Below are positions 39,301-54,300 of a stretch of DNA of 64,000 nucleotides, piece after piece (position 1 is the stretch's first letter; each line of letters begins with the position of its first letter). The DNA is from the human T2T-CHM13v2.0 reference genome, Homo sapiens. A program made the translations under genes and the position numbers. The stretch lies in assembly GCF_009914755.1 (NCBI RefSeq), contig NC_060928.1; one strand, given 5' to 3'. The notes under the pieces are model-generated. The model worked only from the letters and a program-made list of their open reading frames with translations, was not told the origin of the DNA and searched no databases.

Positions 39301-40636
39301 ACTCTTTCTGCACTACCTGGAAGAGGACATTTCGAGCGCTTTGAGTCCTATGGTGAAAAAGGAAATATCTTCTCATAAAAACCAGAAAGAAGCATTCTCA
39401 GAAACTTCTTTGTGTTGTGTGTACTCATGTAACAGTGTTGAACCATCCTTTTGACAGAGCAGTTTTGAAACACTCTTTTTGTAGAATCTGCAAGTGGATA
39501 TTTGGATAGCTTTGAGGATTTCGTTGGAAACGGGATGACATATAATATCTAGAGAGAAGCATACTCAGGAACTTCTTTGTGATGTTTGCATTCAAGTCAC
39601 AGAATTGAACATTCCCTTTCATAGAGCAGGTTTGAAACACTCTTTCTCTAGTATCTGGAAGTGGGCATTTCAAGCGCTTTCAGGCCTATGGAGAGAAAGG
39701 AAATACCTTCAAATAAAAACTAGACAGAAGCATTCTCAGAAACTTATTTGTGATGTGTGTCCTCAACTAACAGAGTTGAACCTTTGTTTTGATACAGCAT
39801 TTTGGAAACACTCCTTTTGTAGAATCTGCAGGTGGATATTTGGATAACTTTGAAGATTTCGTTGGAAACCGGAATATCTTCATATAAAATCAAGACAGAA
39901 GCATTCTCGGAAACATCTCTGTGATGTTTGCATTCAACTCAGTAGAGTTGAACACTTCCTTTCATAGAGCAGGTTTGAAACACTCTTTCTGCACTACCTG
40001 GAAGCGGACATTTCGAGCGCTTTGAGGCCTATGGTGAAAAAGGAAATATCTTCTCATAAAAACCAGAAACAAGCATTCTCAGAAACTTCTTTGTGTTGTG
40101 TGTACTCAAGTAACAGTGTTGAACCTTCCTTTTGACACAGCAGTTTTGAAACACTCTTTTGGTAGAATCTGCAAGTGGATATTTGGATAGCTTTGAGGAT
40201 TTCGTTGGAAACGGGTTATCTTCATATAAAATCCAGACAGGAGCATTCTCAGAAACTTCTTTGTGCTGCATGTCCTCAATTCACAGAGCTGAACCTTTGT
40301 TTGGATACAGCATTTTGGAAACATTCCTTTAGTAGAATCTGCAAGTTGATATTTAGATAGCTTTGAAGATTTCGTTGGTAACGGGAATATCTTCATAGAA
40401 AATCTAGACGGAAGCATTCTCAGAAACTGCTTTGTGATGTTTGCATTCAAGTCACAGAGTTGAATATTCCCTTTTATAGAGTAGGTTTGAAACACTCTTT
40501 CGGCACTACCTGGAAGTGGATATTTCGAGCTCTTTGAGGCCTATGGTTAAAAGGAAATATCTTCCCATAAAAACTAGACAGAAGCCGTCTCAGAAACTTG
40601 TTTGTGATGTGTGTATTCAACTACCAGAGTTGAACA
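36388..40636 (+). repeat. HOR unit 11: 25-mer (4249 bp)
   Basis: Anchor ORF 36394 to 40643. Extra block ~37527-38543. Confidence 0.93.
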
Positions 40637-43600
40637 TTTCTGTTACAGAGCAATTTTAAAACACTCTTTTTGTGGAATCTGAAAGTGGATAATTGGATAG
40701 CTTTGTGGATTTCGTTGGAAACGGGATGACGTATAAAATCTAGAGAGAAGCATTCTCAGGAACTTCTTTCTGATGTTTGCATTCAAGTCACAGAATTGAA
40801 CATTCCTTTTCATAGTGCAGGTTTGAAACACTCTTTCTGTAGTATCTGGAAGTGGACATTTCAAGCGCTTTCAGGCCTACGGGGAGAAAGGAAATATCTT
40901 CAAATAAAAACTAGACAGAAGGATTCTCAGAAACTTATTTGTGATGTGTGTCCTAAACGAACACAGTTGAACCTTTGTTTAGATACAGCATTTTGGAAAC
41001 ACTCCTTTTGTAGGATCTGCAGGTGGATATTTGGATAGATTTTAAGATTTCGTTGGAAACGGGAGTTTCTTCATAGAAACTCAAGACAGATGCATTCTCA
41101 GAAACATCTCTGTGATGTTTGCATTCCACTCATAGAGTTGAAAACTTCCTTTCATAGAGCAGGTTTGAAACACTCTTTTTGTAATATTTGGAAGTGGACA
41201 TTTGCAGCGCTTTGAGGCCTATGGTGAAAAAGGAAATATCTTCTCATAAAAACCAGAAACAAGCATTCTCAGAAACTTCTTTTTGATGTGTGTACTCAAG
41301 TAACAGAGTTGAACCTTCCTTTTGACACAGCAGTTTTGAAACAATCTTTTTGTAGAATCTGCAAGTGGATATTTGGATAGCTTTGAGGATTTCGTTGGAA
41401 ACGGGATATCTTCATATAAAATCTAGACAGAAGCATTCTCAGAAACTTCTTTGTGCTGTATGTCCTCAATTAACAGAGTTGAACCATTGCTTGGATACAG
41501 CATTTTGGAAACATTCCTTTAGTAGAATCTGCAAGTTGATATTGAGATAGATTTGAAGATTTCGTTGGAAAAGGGAATATCTCCATATAAAATCTAGACG
41601 GAAGCATTCTCAGAAACTGCTTTGTGATGTTTCCATTCAAGTCACAGAGTTGAATATTCCCTTTTATAGAGCACGTTTGAAACACTCTTTCTGCACTATC
41701 TGGAAGTGGACATTTCGAGCGCTTTGAGGCCTATGGTGAAAAAGGAAATATCTTCCCATAAAAATTAGACAGAAGCATTCTCAGAAACTTGTTTGTGATG
41801 TGTGTATTCAACTAACAGAGTTGAACTTTTGTTTTTACAGAGCCGTTTTAAAACACTCTTTTTGTGGAATCAGAAAGTGGATATTCGGATGGCTCTGAGG
41901 ATTTCGTTGGAAGCGGGATTACATATAAAATCTAGAGAGAAGCATTCTCAGGAACTTCTTTGTGATGTTTGCATTGAAGTCACAGAATTGAACATTCACT
42001 TTGATAGAGCAGGTTTGAAACACTCATTCTGTAGTATCTGGAAGTGGACATTTCAAGCGCTTTCAGGCCTATGGTGAAAAAGGAAATATCTTCGAATAAA
42101 AACTAGACAGAAGCATCCTCAGAAACTTATTTGTGATGTGTGTCCTCAACTAACAGAGTTGAAACTTTGTTTTGATACAGCATTTTGGAAACACTCCTTT
42201 TGTAGAATCTGCAGGTGGATATGTGGATAGCTCTGAAGATTTCGTTGGAAACGGGAATTTCTTCATATAAAATCAAACAGAAGCATTCTCAGAAACTTCT
42301 CAGTGATGTTTGCATTCAGCTCATGGAGTTGAACACTTCCTTTCATAGAGCCGGTTTGAAACACTCTTTCTGCACTACCTGGAAGAGGCCATTTCGAGCG
42401 CTTTGAGTCCTATGGTGAAAAAGGAAATATCTTCTCATAAAAACCAGAAAGAAGCATTCTCAGAAACTTCTTTGTGTTGTGTGTACTCATGTAACAGTGT
42501 TGAACCATCCTTTTGACAGAGCAGTTTTGAAACACTCTTTTTGTAGAATCTGCAAGTGGATATTTGGATAGCTTTGAGGATTTCGTTGGAAACGGGATGA
42601 CATATAATATCTAGAGAGAAGCATTCTCAGGAACTTCTTTGTGCTGTTTGCATTCAAGTCACAGAATTGAACATTCCCTTTCATAGAGCAGATTTGAAAC
42701 ACTCTTTCTCTAGTATCTGGAAGTGGGCATTTCAAGCGCTTTCAGGCCTATTGAGAGAAAGGAAATACCTTCAAATAAAAACTAGACAGAAGCATTCTCA
42801 GAAACTTGTTTGTGATGTGTGTATTCAACTAACAGAGTTGAACTTTTGTTTTTACAGAGCCGTTTTAAAACACTCTTTTTGTGGAATCAGAAAGTGGATA
42901 TTCGGATGGCTCTGAGGATTTCGTTGGAAGCGGGATTACATATAAAGTCTAGAGAGAAGCATTCTCAGGAACTTCTTTGTGATGTTTGCATTGAAGTCAC
43001 AGAATTGAACATTCACTTTGATAGAGCAGGTTTGAAACACTCATTCTGTAGTATCTGGAAGTGGACATTTCAAGCGCTTTCAGGCCTATGGTGAGAAAGG
43101 AAATATCTTCGAATAAAAACTAGACAGAAGCATCCTCAGAAACTTATTTGTGATGTGTGTCCTCAACTAACAGAGTTGAAACTTTGTTTTGATACAGCAT
43201 TTTGGAAACACTCTTTTTGTAGAATCTGCAGGTGGATATTTGGATAGCTTAGAGGGATTCGTTGGAAAGGGGATATCTTCATATAAAATCTAGACAGAAG
43301 CATTCTCAGAAACTTATTTGTGATGTGTGTCCTCAACTAACAGAGTTGAACCTTGGTTTTGATACAGCATTTTGGAAACACTCCTTTTGTAGAATCTGCA
43401 GGTGGATATGTGGATAGCTCTGAAGATTTCGTTGGAAACGGGAATTTCTTCATATAAAATCAAACAGAAGCATTCTCAGAAACTTCTCAGTGATGTTTGC
43501 ATTCAGCTCATGGAGTTGAACACTTCCTTTCATAGAGCCGGTTTGAAACACTCTTTCTGCACTACCTGGAAGAGGACATTTCGAGCGCTTTGAGTCCTAT

Positions 43601-44885
43601 GGTGAAAAAGGAAATATCTTCTCATAAAAACCAGAAAGAAGCATTCTCAGAAACTTCTTTGTGTTGTGTGTACTCATGTAACAGTGTTGAACCATCCTTT
43701 TGACAGAGCAGTTTTGAAACACTCTTTTTGTAGAATCTGCAAGTGGATATTTGGATAGCTTTGAGGATTTCGTTGGAAACGGGATGACATATAATATCTA
43801 GAGAGAAGCATACTCAGGAACTTCTTTGTGATGTTTGCATTCAAGTCACAGAATTGAACATTCCCTTTCATAGAGCAGGTTTGAAACACTCTTTCTCTAG
43901 TATCTGGAAGTGGGCATTTCAAGCGCTTTCAGGCCTATGGAGAGAAAGGAAATACCTTCAAATAAAAACTAGACAGAAGCATTCTCAGAAACTTATTTGT
44001 GATGTGTGTCCTCAACTAACAGAGTTGAACCTTTGTTTTGATACAGCATTTTGGAAACACTCCTTTTGTAGAATCTGCAGGTGGATATTTGGATAACTTT
44101 GAAGATTTCGTTGGAAACCGGAATATCTTCATATAAAATCAAGACAGAAGCATTCTCGGAAACATCTCTGTGATGTTTGCATTCAACTCAGTAGAGTTGA
44201 ACACTTCCTTTCATAGAGCAGGTTTGAAACACTCTTTCTGCACTACCTGGAAGCGGACATTTCGAGCGCTTTGAGGCCTATGGTGAAAAAGGAAATATCT
44301 TCTCATAAAAACCAGAAAGAAGCATTCTCAGAAACTTCTTTGTGTTGTGTGTACTCAAGTAACAGTGTTGAACCTTCCTTTTGACACAGCAGTTTTGAAA
44401 CACTCTTTTGGTAGAATCTGCAAGTGGATATTTGGATAGCTTTGAGGATTTCGTTGGAAACGGGTTATCTTCATATAAAATCCAGACAGGAGCATTCTCA
44501 GAAACTTCTTTGTGCTGCATGTCCTCAATTCACAGAGCTGAACCTTTGTTTGGATACAGCATTTTGGAAACATTCCTTTAGTAGAATCTGCAAGTTGATA
44601 TTTAGATAGCTTTGAAGATTTCGTTGGTAACGGGAATATCTTCATAGAAAATCTAGACGGAAGCATTCTCAGAAACTGCTTTGTGATGTTTGCATTCAAG
44701 TCACAGAGTTGAATATTCCCTTTTATAGAGTAGGTTTGAAACACTCTTTTGGCACTACCTGGAAGTGGATATTTCGAGCTCTTTGAGGCCTATGGTTAAA
44801 AGGAAATATCTTCCCATAAAAACTAGACAGAAGCCGTCTCAGAAACTTGTTTGTGATGTGTGTATTCAACTACCAGAGTTGAACA
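40637..44885 (+). repeat. HOR unit 12: 25-mer (4249 bp)
   Basis: Anchor ORF 40643 to 44892. Extra block ~41776-42792. Confidence 0.93.
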
Positions 44886-47800
44886 TTTCTGTTACAGAGC
44901 AATTTTAAAACACTCTTTTTGTGGAATCTGAAAGTGGATAATTGGATAGCTTTGTGGATTTCGTTGGAAACGGGATGACGTATAAAATCTAGAGAGAAGC
45001 ATTCTCAGGAACTTCTTTCTGATGTTTGCATTCAAGTCACAGAATTGAACATTCCTTTTCATAGTGCAGGTTTGAAACACTCTTTCTGTAGTATCTGGAA
45101 GTGGACATTTCAAGCGCTTTCAGGCCTACGGGGAGAAAGGAAATATCTTCAAATAAAAACTAGACAGAAGGATTCTCAGAAACTTATTTGTGATGTGTGT
45201 CCTAAACGAACACAGTTGAACCTTTGTTTAGATACAGCATTTTGGAAACACTCCTTTTGTAGGATCTGCAGGTGGATATTTGGATAGATTTTAAGATTTC
45301 GTTGGAAACGGGAGTTTCTTCATAGAAACTCAAGACAGATGCATTCTCAGAAACATCTCTGTGATGTTTGCATTCCACTCATAGAGTTGAAAACTTCCTT
45401 TCATAGAGCAGGTTTGAAACACTCTTTTTGTAATATTTGGAAGTGGACATTTGCAGCGCTTTGAGGCCTATGGTGAAAAAGGAAATATCTTCTCATAAAA
45501 ACCAGAAACAAGCATTCTCAGAAACTTCTTTTTGATGTGTGTACTCAAGTAACAGAGTTGAACCTTCCTTTTGACACAGCAGTTTTGAAACAATCTTTTT
45601 GTAGAATCTGCAAGTGGATATTTGGATAGCTTTGAGGATTTCGTTGGAAACGGGATATCTTCATATAAAATCTAGACAGAAGCATTCTCAGAAACTTCTT
45701 TGTGCTGTATGTCCTCAATTAACAGAGTTGAACCATTGCTTGGATACAGCATTTTGGAAACATTCCTTGAGTAGAATCTGCAAGTTGATATTTAGATAGA
45801 TTTGAAGATTTCGTTGGAAAAGGGAATATCTCCATATAAAATCTAGAGGGAAGCATTCTCAGAAACTGCTTTGTGATGTTTCCATTCAAGTCACAGAGTT
45901 GAATATTCCCTTTTATAGAGCACGTTTGAAACACTCTTTCTGCACTATCTGGAAGTGGACATTTCGAGCGCTTTGAGGCCTATGGTGAAAAAGGAAATAT
46001 CTTCCCATAAAAACTAGACAGAAGCATTCTCAGAAACTTGTTTGTGATGTGTGTATTCAACTAACAGAGTTGAACTTTTGTTTTTACAGAGCCGTTTTAA
46101 AACACTCTTTTTGTGGAATCAGAAAGTGGATATTCGGATGGCTCTGAGGATTTCGTTGGAAGCGGGATTACATATAAAATCTAGAGAGAAGCATTCTCAG
46201 GAACTTCTTTGTGATGTTTGCATTGAAGTCACAGAATTGAACATTCACTTTGATAGAGCAGGTTTGAAACACTCATTCTGTAGTATCTGGAAGTGGACAT
46301 TTCAAGCGCTTTCAGGCCTATGGTGAGAAAGGAAATATCTTCGAATAAAAACTAGACAGAAGCATCCTCAGAAACTTATTTGTGATGTGTGTCCTCAACT
46401 AACAGAGTTGAAACTTTGTTTTGATACAGCATTTTGGAAACACTCTTTTTGTAGAATCTGCAGGTGGATATTTGGATAGCTTAGAGGGATTCGTTGGAAA
46501 GGGGATATCTTCATATAAAATCTAGACAGAAGCATTCTCAGAAACTTATTTGTGATGTGTGTCCTCAACTAACAGAGTTGAACCTTGGTTTTGATACAGC
46601 ATTTTGGAAACACTCCTTTTGTAGAATCTGCAGGTGGATATGTGGATAGCTCTGAAGATTTCGTTGGAAACGGGAATTTCTTCATATAAAATCAAACAGA
46701 AGCATTCTCAGAAACTTCTCAGTGATGTTTGCATTCAGCTCATGGAGTTGAACACTTCCTTTCATAGAGCCGGTTTGAAACACTCTTTCTGCACTACCTG
46801 GAAGAGGACATTTCGAGCGCTTTGAGTCCTATGGTGAAAAAGGAAATATCTTCTCATAAAAACCAGAAAGAAGCATTCTCAGAAACTTCTTTGTGTTGTG
46901 TGTACTCATGTAACAGTGTTGAACCATCCTTTTGACAGAGCAGTTTTGAAACACTCTTTTTGTAGAATCTGCAAGTGGATATTTGGATAGCTTTGAGGAT
47001 TTCGTTGGAAACGGGATGACATATAATATCTAGAGAGAAGCATACTCAGGAACTTCTTTGTGATGTTTGCATTCAAGTCACAGAATTGAACATTCCCTTT
47101 CATAGAGCAGGTTTGAAACACTCTTTCTCTAGTATCTGGAAGTGGGCATTTCAAGCGCTTTCAGGCCTATGGAGAGAAAGGAAATACCTTCAAATAAAAA
47201 CTAGACAGAAGCATTCTCAGAAACTTATTTGTGATGTGTGTCCTCAACTAACAGAGTTGAACCTTTGTTTTGATACAGCATTTTGGAAACACTCCTTTTG
47301 TAGAATCTGCAGGTGGATATTTGGATAACTTTGAAGATTTCGTTGGAAACCGGAATATCTTCATATAAAATCAAGACAGAAGCATTCTCGGAAACATCTC
47401 TGTGATGTTTGCATTCAACTCAGTAGAGTTGAACACTTCCTTTCATAGAGCAGGTTTGAAACACTCTTTCTGCACTACCTGGAAGCGGACATTTCGAGCG
47501 CTTTGAGGCCTATGGTGAAAAAGGAAATATCTTCTCATAAAAACCAGAAACAAGCATTCTCAGAAACTTCTTTGTGTTGTGTGTACTCAAGTAACAGTGT
47601 TGAACCTTCCTTTTGACACAGCAGTTTTGAAACACTCTTTTGGTAGAATCTGCAAGTGGATATTTGGATAGCTTTGAGGATTTCGTTGGAAACGGGTTAT
47701 CTTCATATAAAATCCAGACAGGAGCATTCTCAGAAACTTCTTTGTGCTGCATGTCCTCAATTCACAGAGCTGAACCTTTGTTTGGATACAGCATTTTGGA

Positions 47801-48117
47801 AACATTCCTTTAGTAGAATCTGCAAGTTGATATTTAGATAGCTTTGAAGATTTCGTTGGAAACGGGAATATCTTCATAGAAAATCTAGACGGAAGCATTC
47901 TCAGAAACTGCTTTGTGATGTTTGCATTCAAGTCACAGAGTTGAATATTCCCTTTTATAGAGTAGGTTTGAAACACTCTTTCGGCACTACCTGGAAGTGG
48001 ATATTTCGAGCTCTTTGAGGCCTATGGTTAAAAGGAAATATCTTCCCATAAAAACTAGACAGAAGCCGTCTCAGAAACTTGTTTGTGATGTGTGTATTCA
48101 ACTACCAGAGTTGAACA
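44886..48117 (+). repeat. HOR unit 13: 19-mer (3232 bp)
   Basis: Anchor ORF 44892 to 48124. Confidence 0.95.
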
Positions 48118-51100
48118 TTTCTGTTACAGAGCAATTTTAAAACACTCTTTTTGTGGAATCTGAAAGTGGATAATTGGATAGCTTTGTGGATTTCGTTGGA
48201 AACGGGATGACGTATAAAATCTAGAGAGAAGCATTCTCAGGAACTTCTTTCTGATGTTTGCATTCAAGTCACAGAATTGAACATTCCTTTTCATAGTGCA
48301 GGTTTGAAACACTCTTTCTGTAGTATCTGGAAGTGGACATTTCAAGCGCTTTCAGGCCTACGGGGAGAAAGGAAATATCTTCAAATAAAAACTAGACAGA
48401 AGGATTCTCAGAAACTTATTTGTGATGTGTGTCCTAAACGAACACAGTTGAACCTTTGTTTTGATACAGCATTTTGGAAACACTCCTTTTGTAGGATCTG
48501 CAGGTGGATATTTGGATAGATTTTAAGATTTCGTTGGAAACGGGAGTTTCTTCATAGAAACTCAAGACAGATGCATTCTCAGAAACATCTCTGTGATGTT
48601 TGCATTCCACTCATAGAGTTGAAAACTTCCTTTCATAGAGCAGGTTTGAAACACTCTTTTTGTAATATTTGGAAGTGGACATTTGCAGCGCTTTGAGGCC
48701 TATGGTGAAAAAGGAAATATCTTCTCATAAAAACCAGAAACAAGCATTCTCAGAAACTTCTTTTTGATGTGTGTACTCAAGTAACAGAGTTGAACCTTCC
48801 TTTTGACAAAGCAGTTTTGAAACAATCTTTTTGTAGAATCTGCAAGTGGATATTTGGATAGCTTTGAGGATTTCGTTGGAAACGGGATATCTTCATATAA
48901 AATCTAGACAGAAGCTTTCTCAGAAACTTCTTTGTGCTGTATGTCCTCAATTAACAGAGTTGAACCATTGCTTGGATACAGCATTTTGGAAACATTCCTT
49001 GAGTAGAATCTGCAAGTTGATATTTAGATAGATTTGAAGATTTCGTTGGAAAAGGGAATATCTCCATAGAAAATCTAGAGGGAAGCATTCTCAGAAACTG
49101 CTTTGTGATGTTTCCATTCAAGTCACAGAGTTGAATATTCCCTTTTATAGAGCACGTTTGAAACACTCTTTCTGCACTATCTGGAAGTGGACATTTCGAG
49201 CGCTTTGAGGCCTATGGTGAAAAAGGAAATATCTTCCCATAAAAACTAGACAGAAGCATTCTCAGAAACTTGTTTGTGATGTGTGTATTCAACTAACAGA
49301 GTTGAACTTTTGTTTTTACAGAGCCGTTTTAAAACACTCTTTTTGTGGAATCAGAAAGTGGATATTCGGATGGCTCTGAGGATTTCGTTGGAAGCGGGAT
49401 TACATATAAAATCTAGAGAGAAGCATTCTCAGGAACTTCTTTGTGATGTTTGCATTGAAGTCACAGAATTGAACATTCACTTTGATAGAGCAGGTTTGAA
49501 ACACTCATTCTGTAGTATCTGGAAGTGGACATTTCAAGCGCTTTCAGGCCTATGGTGAGAAAGGAAATATCTTCGAATAAAAACTAGACAGAAGCATCCT
49601 CAGAAACTTATTTGTGATGTGTGTCCTCAACTAACAGAGTTGAAACTTTGTTTTGATACAGCATTTTGGAAACACTCTTTTTGTAGAATCTGCAGGTGGA
49701 TATTTGGATAGCTTAGAGGGATTCGTTGGAAAGGGGATATCTTCATATAAAATCTAGACAGAAGCATTCTCAGAAACTTATTTGTGATGTGTGTCCTCAA
49801 CTAACAGAGTTGAACCTTGGTTTTGATACAGCATTTTGGAAACACTCCTTTTGTAGAATCTGCAGGTGGATATGTGGATAGCTCTGAAGATATCGTTGGA
49901 AACGGGAATTTCTTCATATAAAATCAAACAGAAGCATTCTCAGAAACTTCTCAGTGATGTTTGCATTCAGCTCATGGAGTTGAACACTTCCTTTCATAGA
50001 GCCGGTTTGAAACACTCTTTCTGCACTACCTGGAAGAGGACATTTCGAGCGCTTTGAGTCCTATGGTGAAAAAGGAAATATCTTCTCATAAAAACCAGAA
50101 AGAAGCATTCTCAGAAACTTCTTTGTGTTGTGTGTACTCATGTAACAGTGTTGAACCATCCTTTTGACAGAGCAGTTTTGAAACACTCTTTTTGTAGAAT
50201 CTGCAAGTGGATATTTGGATAGCTTTGAGGATTTCGTTGGAAACGGGATGACATATAATATCTAGAGAGAAGCATTCTCAGGAACTTCTTTGTGATGTTT
50301 GCATTCAAGTCACAGAATTGAACATTCCCTTTCATAGAGCAGGTTTGAAACACTCTTTCTCTAGTATCTGGAAGTGGGCATTTCAAGCGCTTTCAGGCCT
50401 ATGGAGAGAAAGGAAATACCTTCAAATAAAAACTAGACAGAAGCATTCTCAGAAACTTATTTGTGATGTGTGTCCTCAACTAACAGAGTTGAACCTTTGT
50501 TTTGATACAGCATTTTGGAAACACTCCTTTTGTAGAATCTGCAGGTGGATATTTGGATAACTTTGAAGATTTCGTTGGAAACCGGAATATCTTCATATAA
50601 AATCAAGACAGAAGCATTCTCGGAAACATCTCTGTGATGTTTGCATTCAACTCAGTAGAGTTGAACACTTCCTTTCATAGAGCCGGTTTGAAACACTCTT
50701 TCTGCACTACCTGGAAGCGGACATTTCGAGCGCTTTGAGGCCTATGGTGAAAAAGGAAATATCTTCTCATAAAAACCAGAAAGAAGCATTCTCAGAAACT
50801 TCTTTGTGTTGTGTGTACTCAAGTAACAGTGTTGAACCTTCCTTTTGACACAGCAGTTTTGAAACACTCTTTTGGTAGAATCTGCAAGTGGATATTTGGA
50901 TAGCTTTGAGGATTTCGTTGGAAACGGGTTATCTTCATATAAAATCCAGACAGGAGCATTCTCAGAAACTTCTTTGTGCTGCATGTCCTCAATTCACAGA
51001 GCTGAACCTTGGTTTGGATACAGCATTTTGGAAACATTCCTTTAGTAGAATCTGCAAGTTGATATTTAGATAGCTTTGAAGATTTCGTTGGAAACGGGAA

Positions 51101-51349
51101 TATCTTCATAGAAAATCTAGACGGAAGCATTCTCAGAAACTGCTTTGTGATGTTTGCATTCAAGTCACAGAGTTGAATATTCCCTTTTATAGAGTAGGTT
51201 TGAAACACTCTTTCGGCACTACCTGGAAGTGGATATTTCGAGCTCTTTGAGGCCTATGGTTAAAAGGAAATATCTTCCCATAAAAACTAGACAGAAGCCG
51301 TCTCAGAAACTTGTTTGTGATGTGTGTATTCAACTAACAGAGTTGAACA
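48118..51349 (+). repeat. HOR unit 14: 19-mer (3232 bp)
   Basis: Anchor ORF 48124 to 51356. Confidence 0.95.
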
Positions 51350-54300
51350 TTTCTGTTACAGAGCAATTTTAAAACACTCTTTTTGTGGAATCTGAAAGTG
51401 GATAATTGGATAGCTTTGTGGATTTCGTTGGAAACGGGATGACGTATAAAATCTAGAGAGAAGCATTCTCAGGAACTTCTTTGTGATGTTTGCATTCAAG
51501 TCACAGAATTGAACATTCCTTTTCATAGTGCAGGTTTGAAACACTCTTTCTGTAGTATCTGGAAGTGGACATTTCAAGCGCTTTCAGGCCTACGGGGAGA
51601 AAGGAAATATCTTCAAATAAAAACTAGACAGAAGGATTCTCAGAAACTTATTTGTGATGTGTGTCCTAAACGAACACAGTTGAACCTTTGTTTAGATACA
51701 GCATTTTGGAAACACTCCTTTTGTAGGATCTGCAGGTGGATATTTGGATAGATTTTAAGATTTCGTTGGAAACGGGAGTTTCTTCATAGAAACTCAAGAC
51801 AGATGCATTCTCAGAAACATCTCTGTGATGTTTGCATTCCACTCATAGAGTTGAAAACTTCCTTTCATAGAGCAGGTTTGAAACACTCTTTTTGTAATAT
51901 TTGGAAGTGGACATTTGCAGCGCTTTGAGGCCTATGGTGAAAAAGGAAATATCTTCTCATAAAAACCAGAAACAAGCATTCTCAGAAACTTCTTTTTGAT
52001 GTGTGTACTCAAGTAACAGAGTTGAACCTTCCTTTTGACACAGCAGTTTTGAAACAATCTTTTTGTAGAATCTGCAAGTGGATATTTGGATAGCTTTGAG
52101 GATTTCGTTGGAAACGGGATATCTTCATATAAAATCTAGACAGAAGCATTCTCAGAAACTTCTTTGTGCTGTATGTCCTCAATTAACAGAGTTGAACCAT
52201 TGCTTGGATACAGCATTTTGGAAACATTCCTTTAGTAGAATCTGCAAGTTGATATTGAGATAGATTTGAAGATTTCGTTGGAAAAGGGAATATCTCCATA
52301 TAAAATCTAGACGGAAGCATTCTCAGAAACTGCTTTGTGATGTTTCCATTCAAGTCACAGAGTTGAATATTCCCTTTTATAGAGCACGTTTGAAACACTC
52401 TTTCTGCACTATCTGGAAGTGGACATTTCGAGCGCTTTGAGGCCTATGGTGAAAAAGGAAATATCTTCCCATAAAAATTAGACAGAAGCATTCTCAGAAA
52501 CTTGTTTGTGATGTGTGTATTCAACTAACAGAGTTGAACTTTTGTTTTTACAGAGCCGTTTTAAAACACTCTTTTTGTGGAATCAGAAAGTGGATATTCG
52601 GATGGCTCTGAGGATTTCGTTGGAAGCGGGATTACATATAAAATCTAGAGAGAAGCATTCTCAGGAACTTCTTTGTGATGTTTGCATTGAAGTCACAGAA
52701 TTGAACATTCACTTTGATAGAGCAGGTTTGAAACACTCATTCTGTAGTATCTGGAAGTGGACATTTCAAGCGCTTTCAGGCCTATGGTGAAAAAGGAAAT
52801 ATCTTCGAATAAAAACTAGACAGAAGCATCCTCAGAAACTTATTTGTGATGTGTGTCCTCAACTAACAGAGTTGAAACTTTGTTTTGATACAGCATTTTG
52901 GAAACACTCCTTTTGTAGAATCTGCAGGTGGATATGTGGATAGCTCTGAAGATTTCGTTGGAAACGGGAATTTCTTCATATAAAATCAAACAGAAGCATT
53001 CTCAGAAACTTCTCAGTGATGTTTGCATTCAGCTCATGGAGTTGAACACTTCCTTTCATAGAGCCGGTTTGAAACACTCTTTCTGCACTACCTGGAAGAG
53101 GCCATTTCGAGCGCTTTGAGTCCTATGGTGAAAAAGGAAATATCTTCTCATAAAAACCAGAAAGAAGCATTCTCAGAAACTTCTTTGTGTTGTGTGTACT
53201 CATGTAACAGTGTTGAACCATCCTTTTGACAGAGCAGTTTTGAAACACTCTTTTTGTAGAATCTGCAAGTGGATATTTGGATAGCTTTGAGGATTTCGTT
53301 GGAAACGGGATGACATATAATATCTAGAGAGAAGCATTCTCAGGAACTTCTTTGTGCTGTTTGCATTCAAGTCACAGAATTGAACATTCCCTTTCATAGA
53401 GCAGATTTGAAACACTCTTTCTCTAGTATCTGGAAGTGGGCATTTCAAGCGCTTTCAGGCCTATTGAGAGAAAGGAAATACCTTCAAATAAAAACTAGAC
53501 AGAAGCATTCTCAGAAACTTGTTTGTGATGTGTGTATTCAACTAACAGAGTTGAACTTTTGTTTTTACAGAGCCGTTTTAAAACACTCTTTTTGTGGAAT
53601 CAGAAAGTGGATATTCGGATGGCTCTGAGGATTTCGTTGGAAGCGGGATTACATATAAAATCTAGAGAGAAGCATTCTCAGGAACTTCTTTGTGATGTTT
53701 GCATTGAAGTCACAGAATTGAACATTCACTTTGATAGAGCAGGTTTGAAACACTCATTCTGTAGTATCTGGAAGTGGACATTTCAAGCGCTTTCAGGCCT
53801 ATGGTGAGAAAGGAAATATCTTCGAATAAAAACTAGACAGAAGCATCCTCAGAAACTTATTTGTGATGTGTGTCCTCAACTAACAGAGTTGAAACTTTGT
53901 TTTGATACAGCATTTTGGAAACACTCTTTTTGTAGAATCTGCAGGTGGATATTTGGATAGCTTAGAGGGATTCGTTGGAAAGGGGATATCTTCATATAAA
54001 ATCTAGACAGAAGCATTCTCAGAAACTTATTTGTGATGTGTGTCCTCAACTAACAGAGTTGAACCTTGGTTTTGATACAGCATTTTGGAAACACTCCTTT
54101 TGTAGAATCTGCAGGTGGATATGTGGATAGCTCTGAAGATTTCGTTGGAAACGGGAATTTCTTCATATAAAATCAAACAGAAGCATTCTCAGAAACTTCT
54201 CAGTGATGTTTGCATTCAGCTCATGGAGTTGAACACTTCCTTTCATAGAGCCGGTTTGAAACACTCTTTCTGCACTACCTGGAAGAGGACATTTCGAGCG

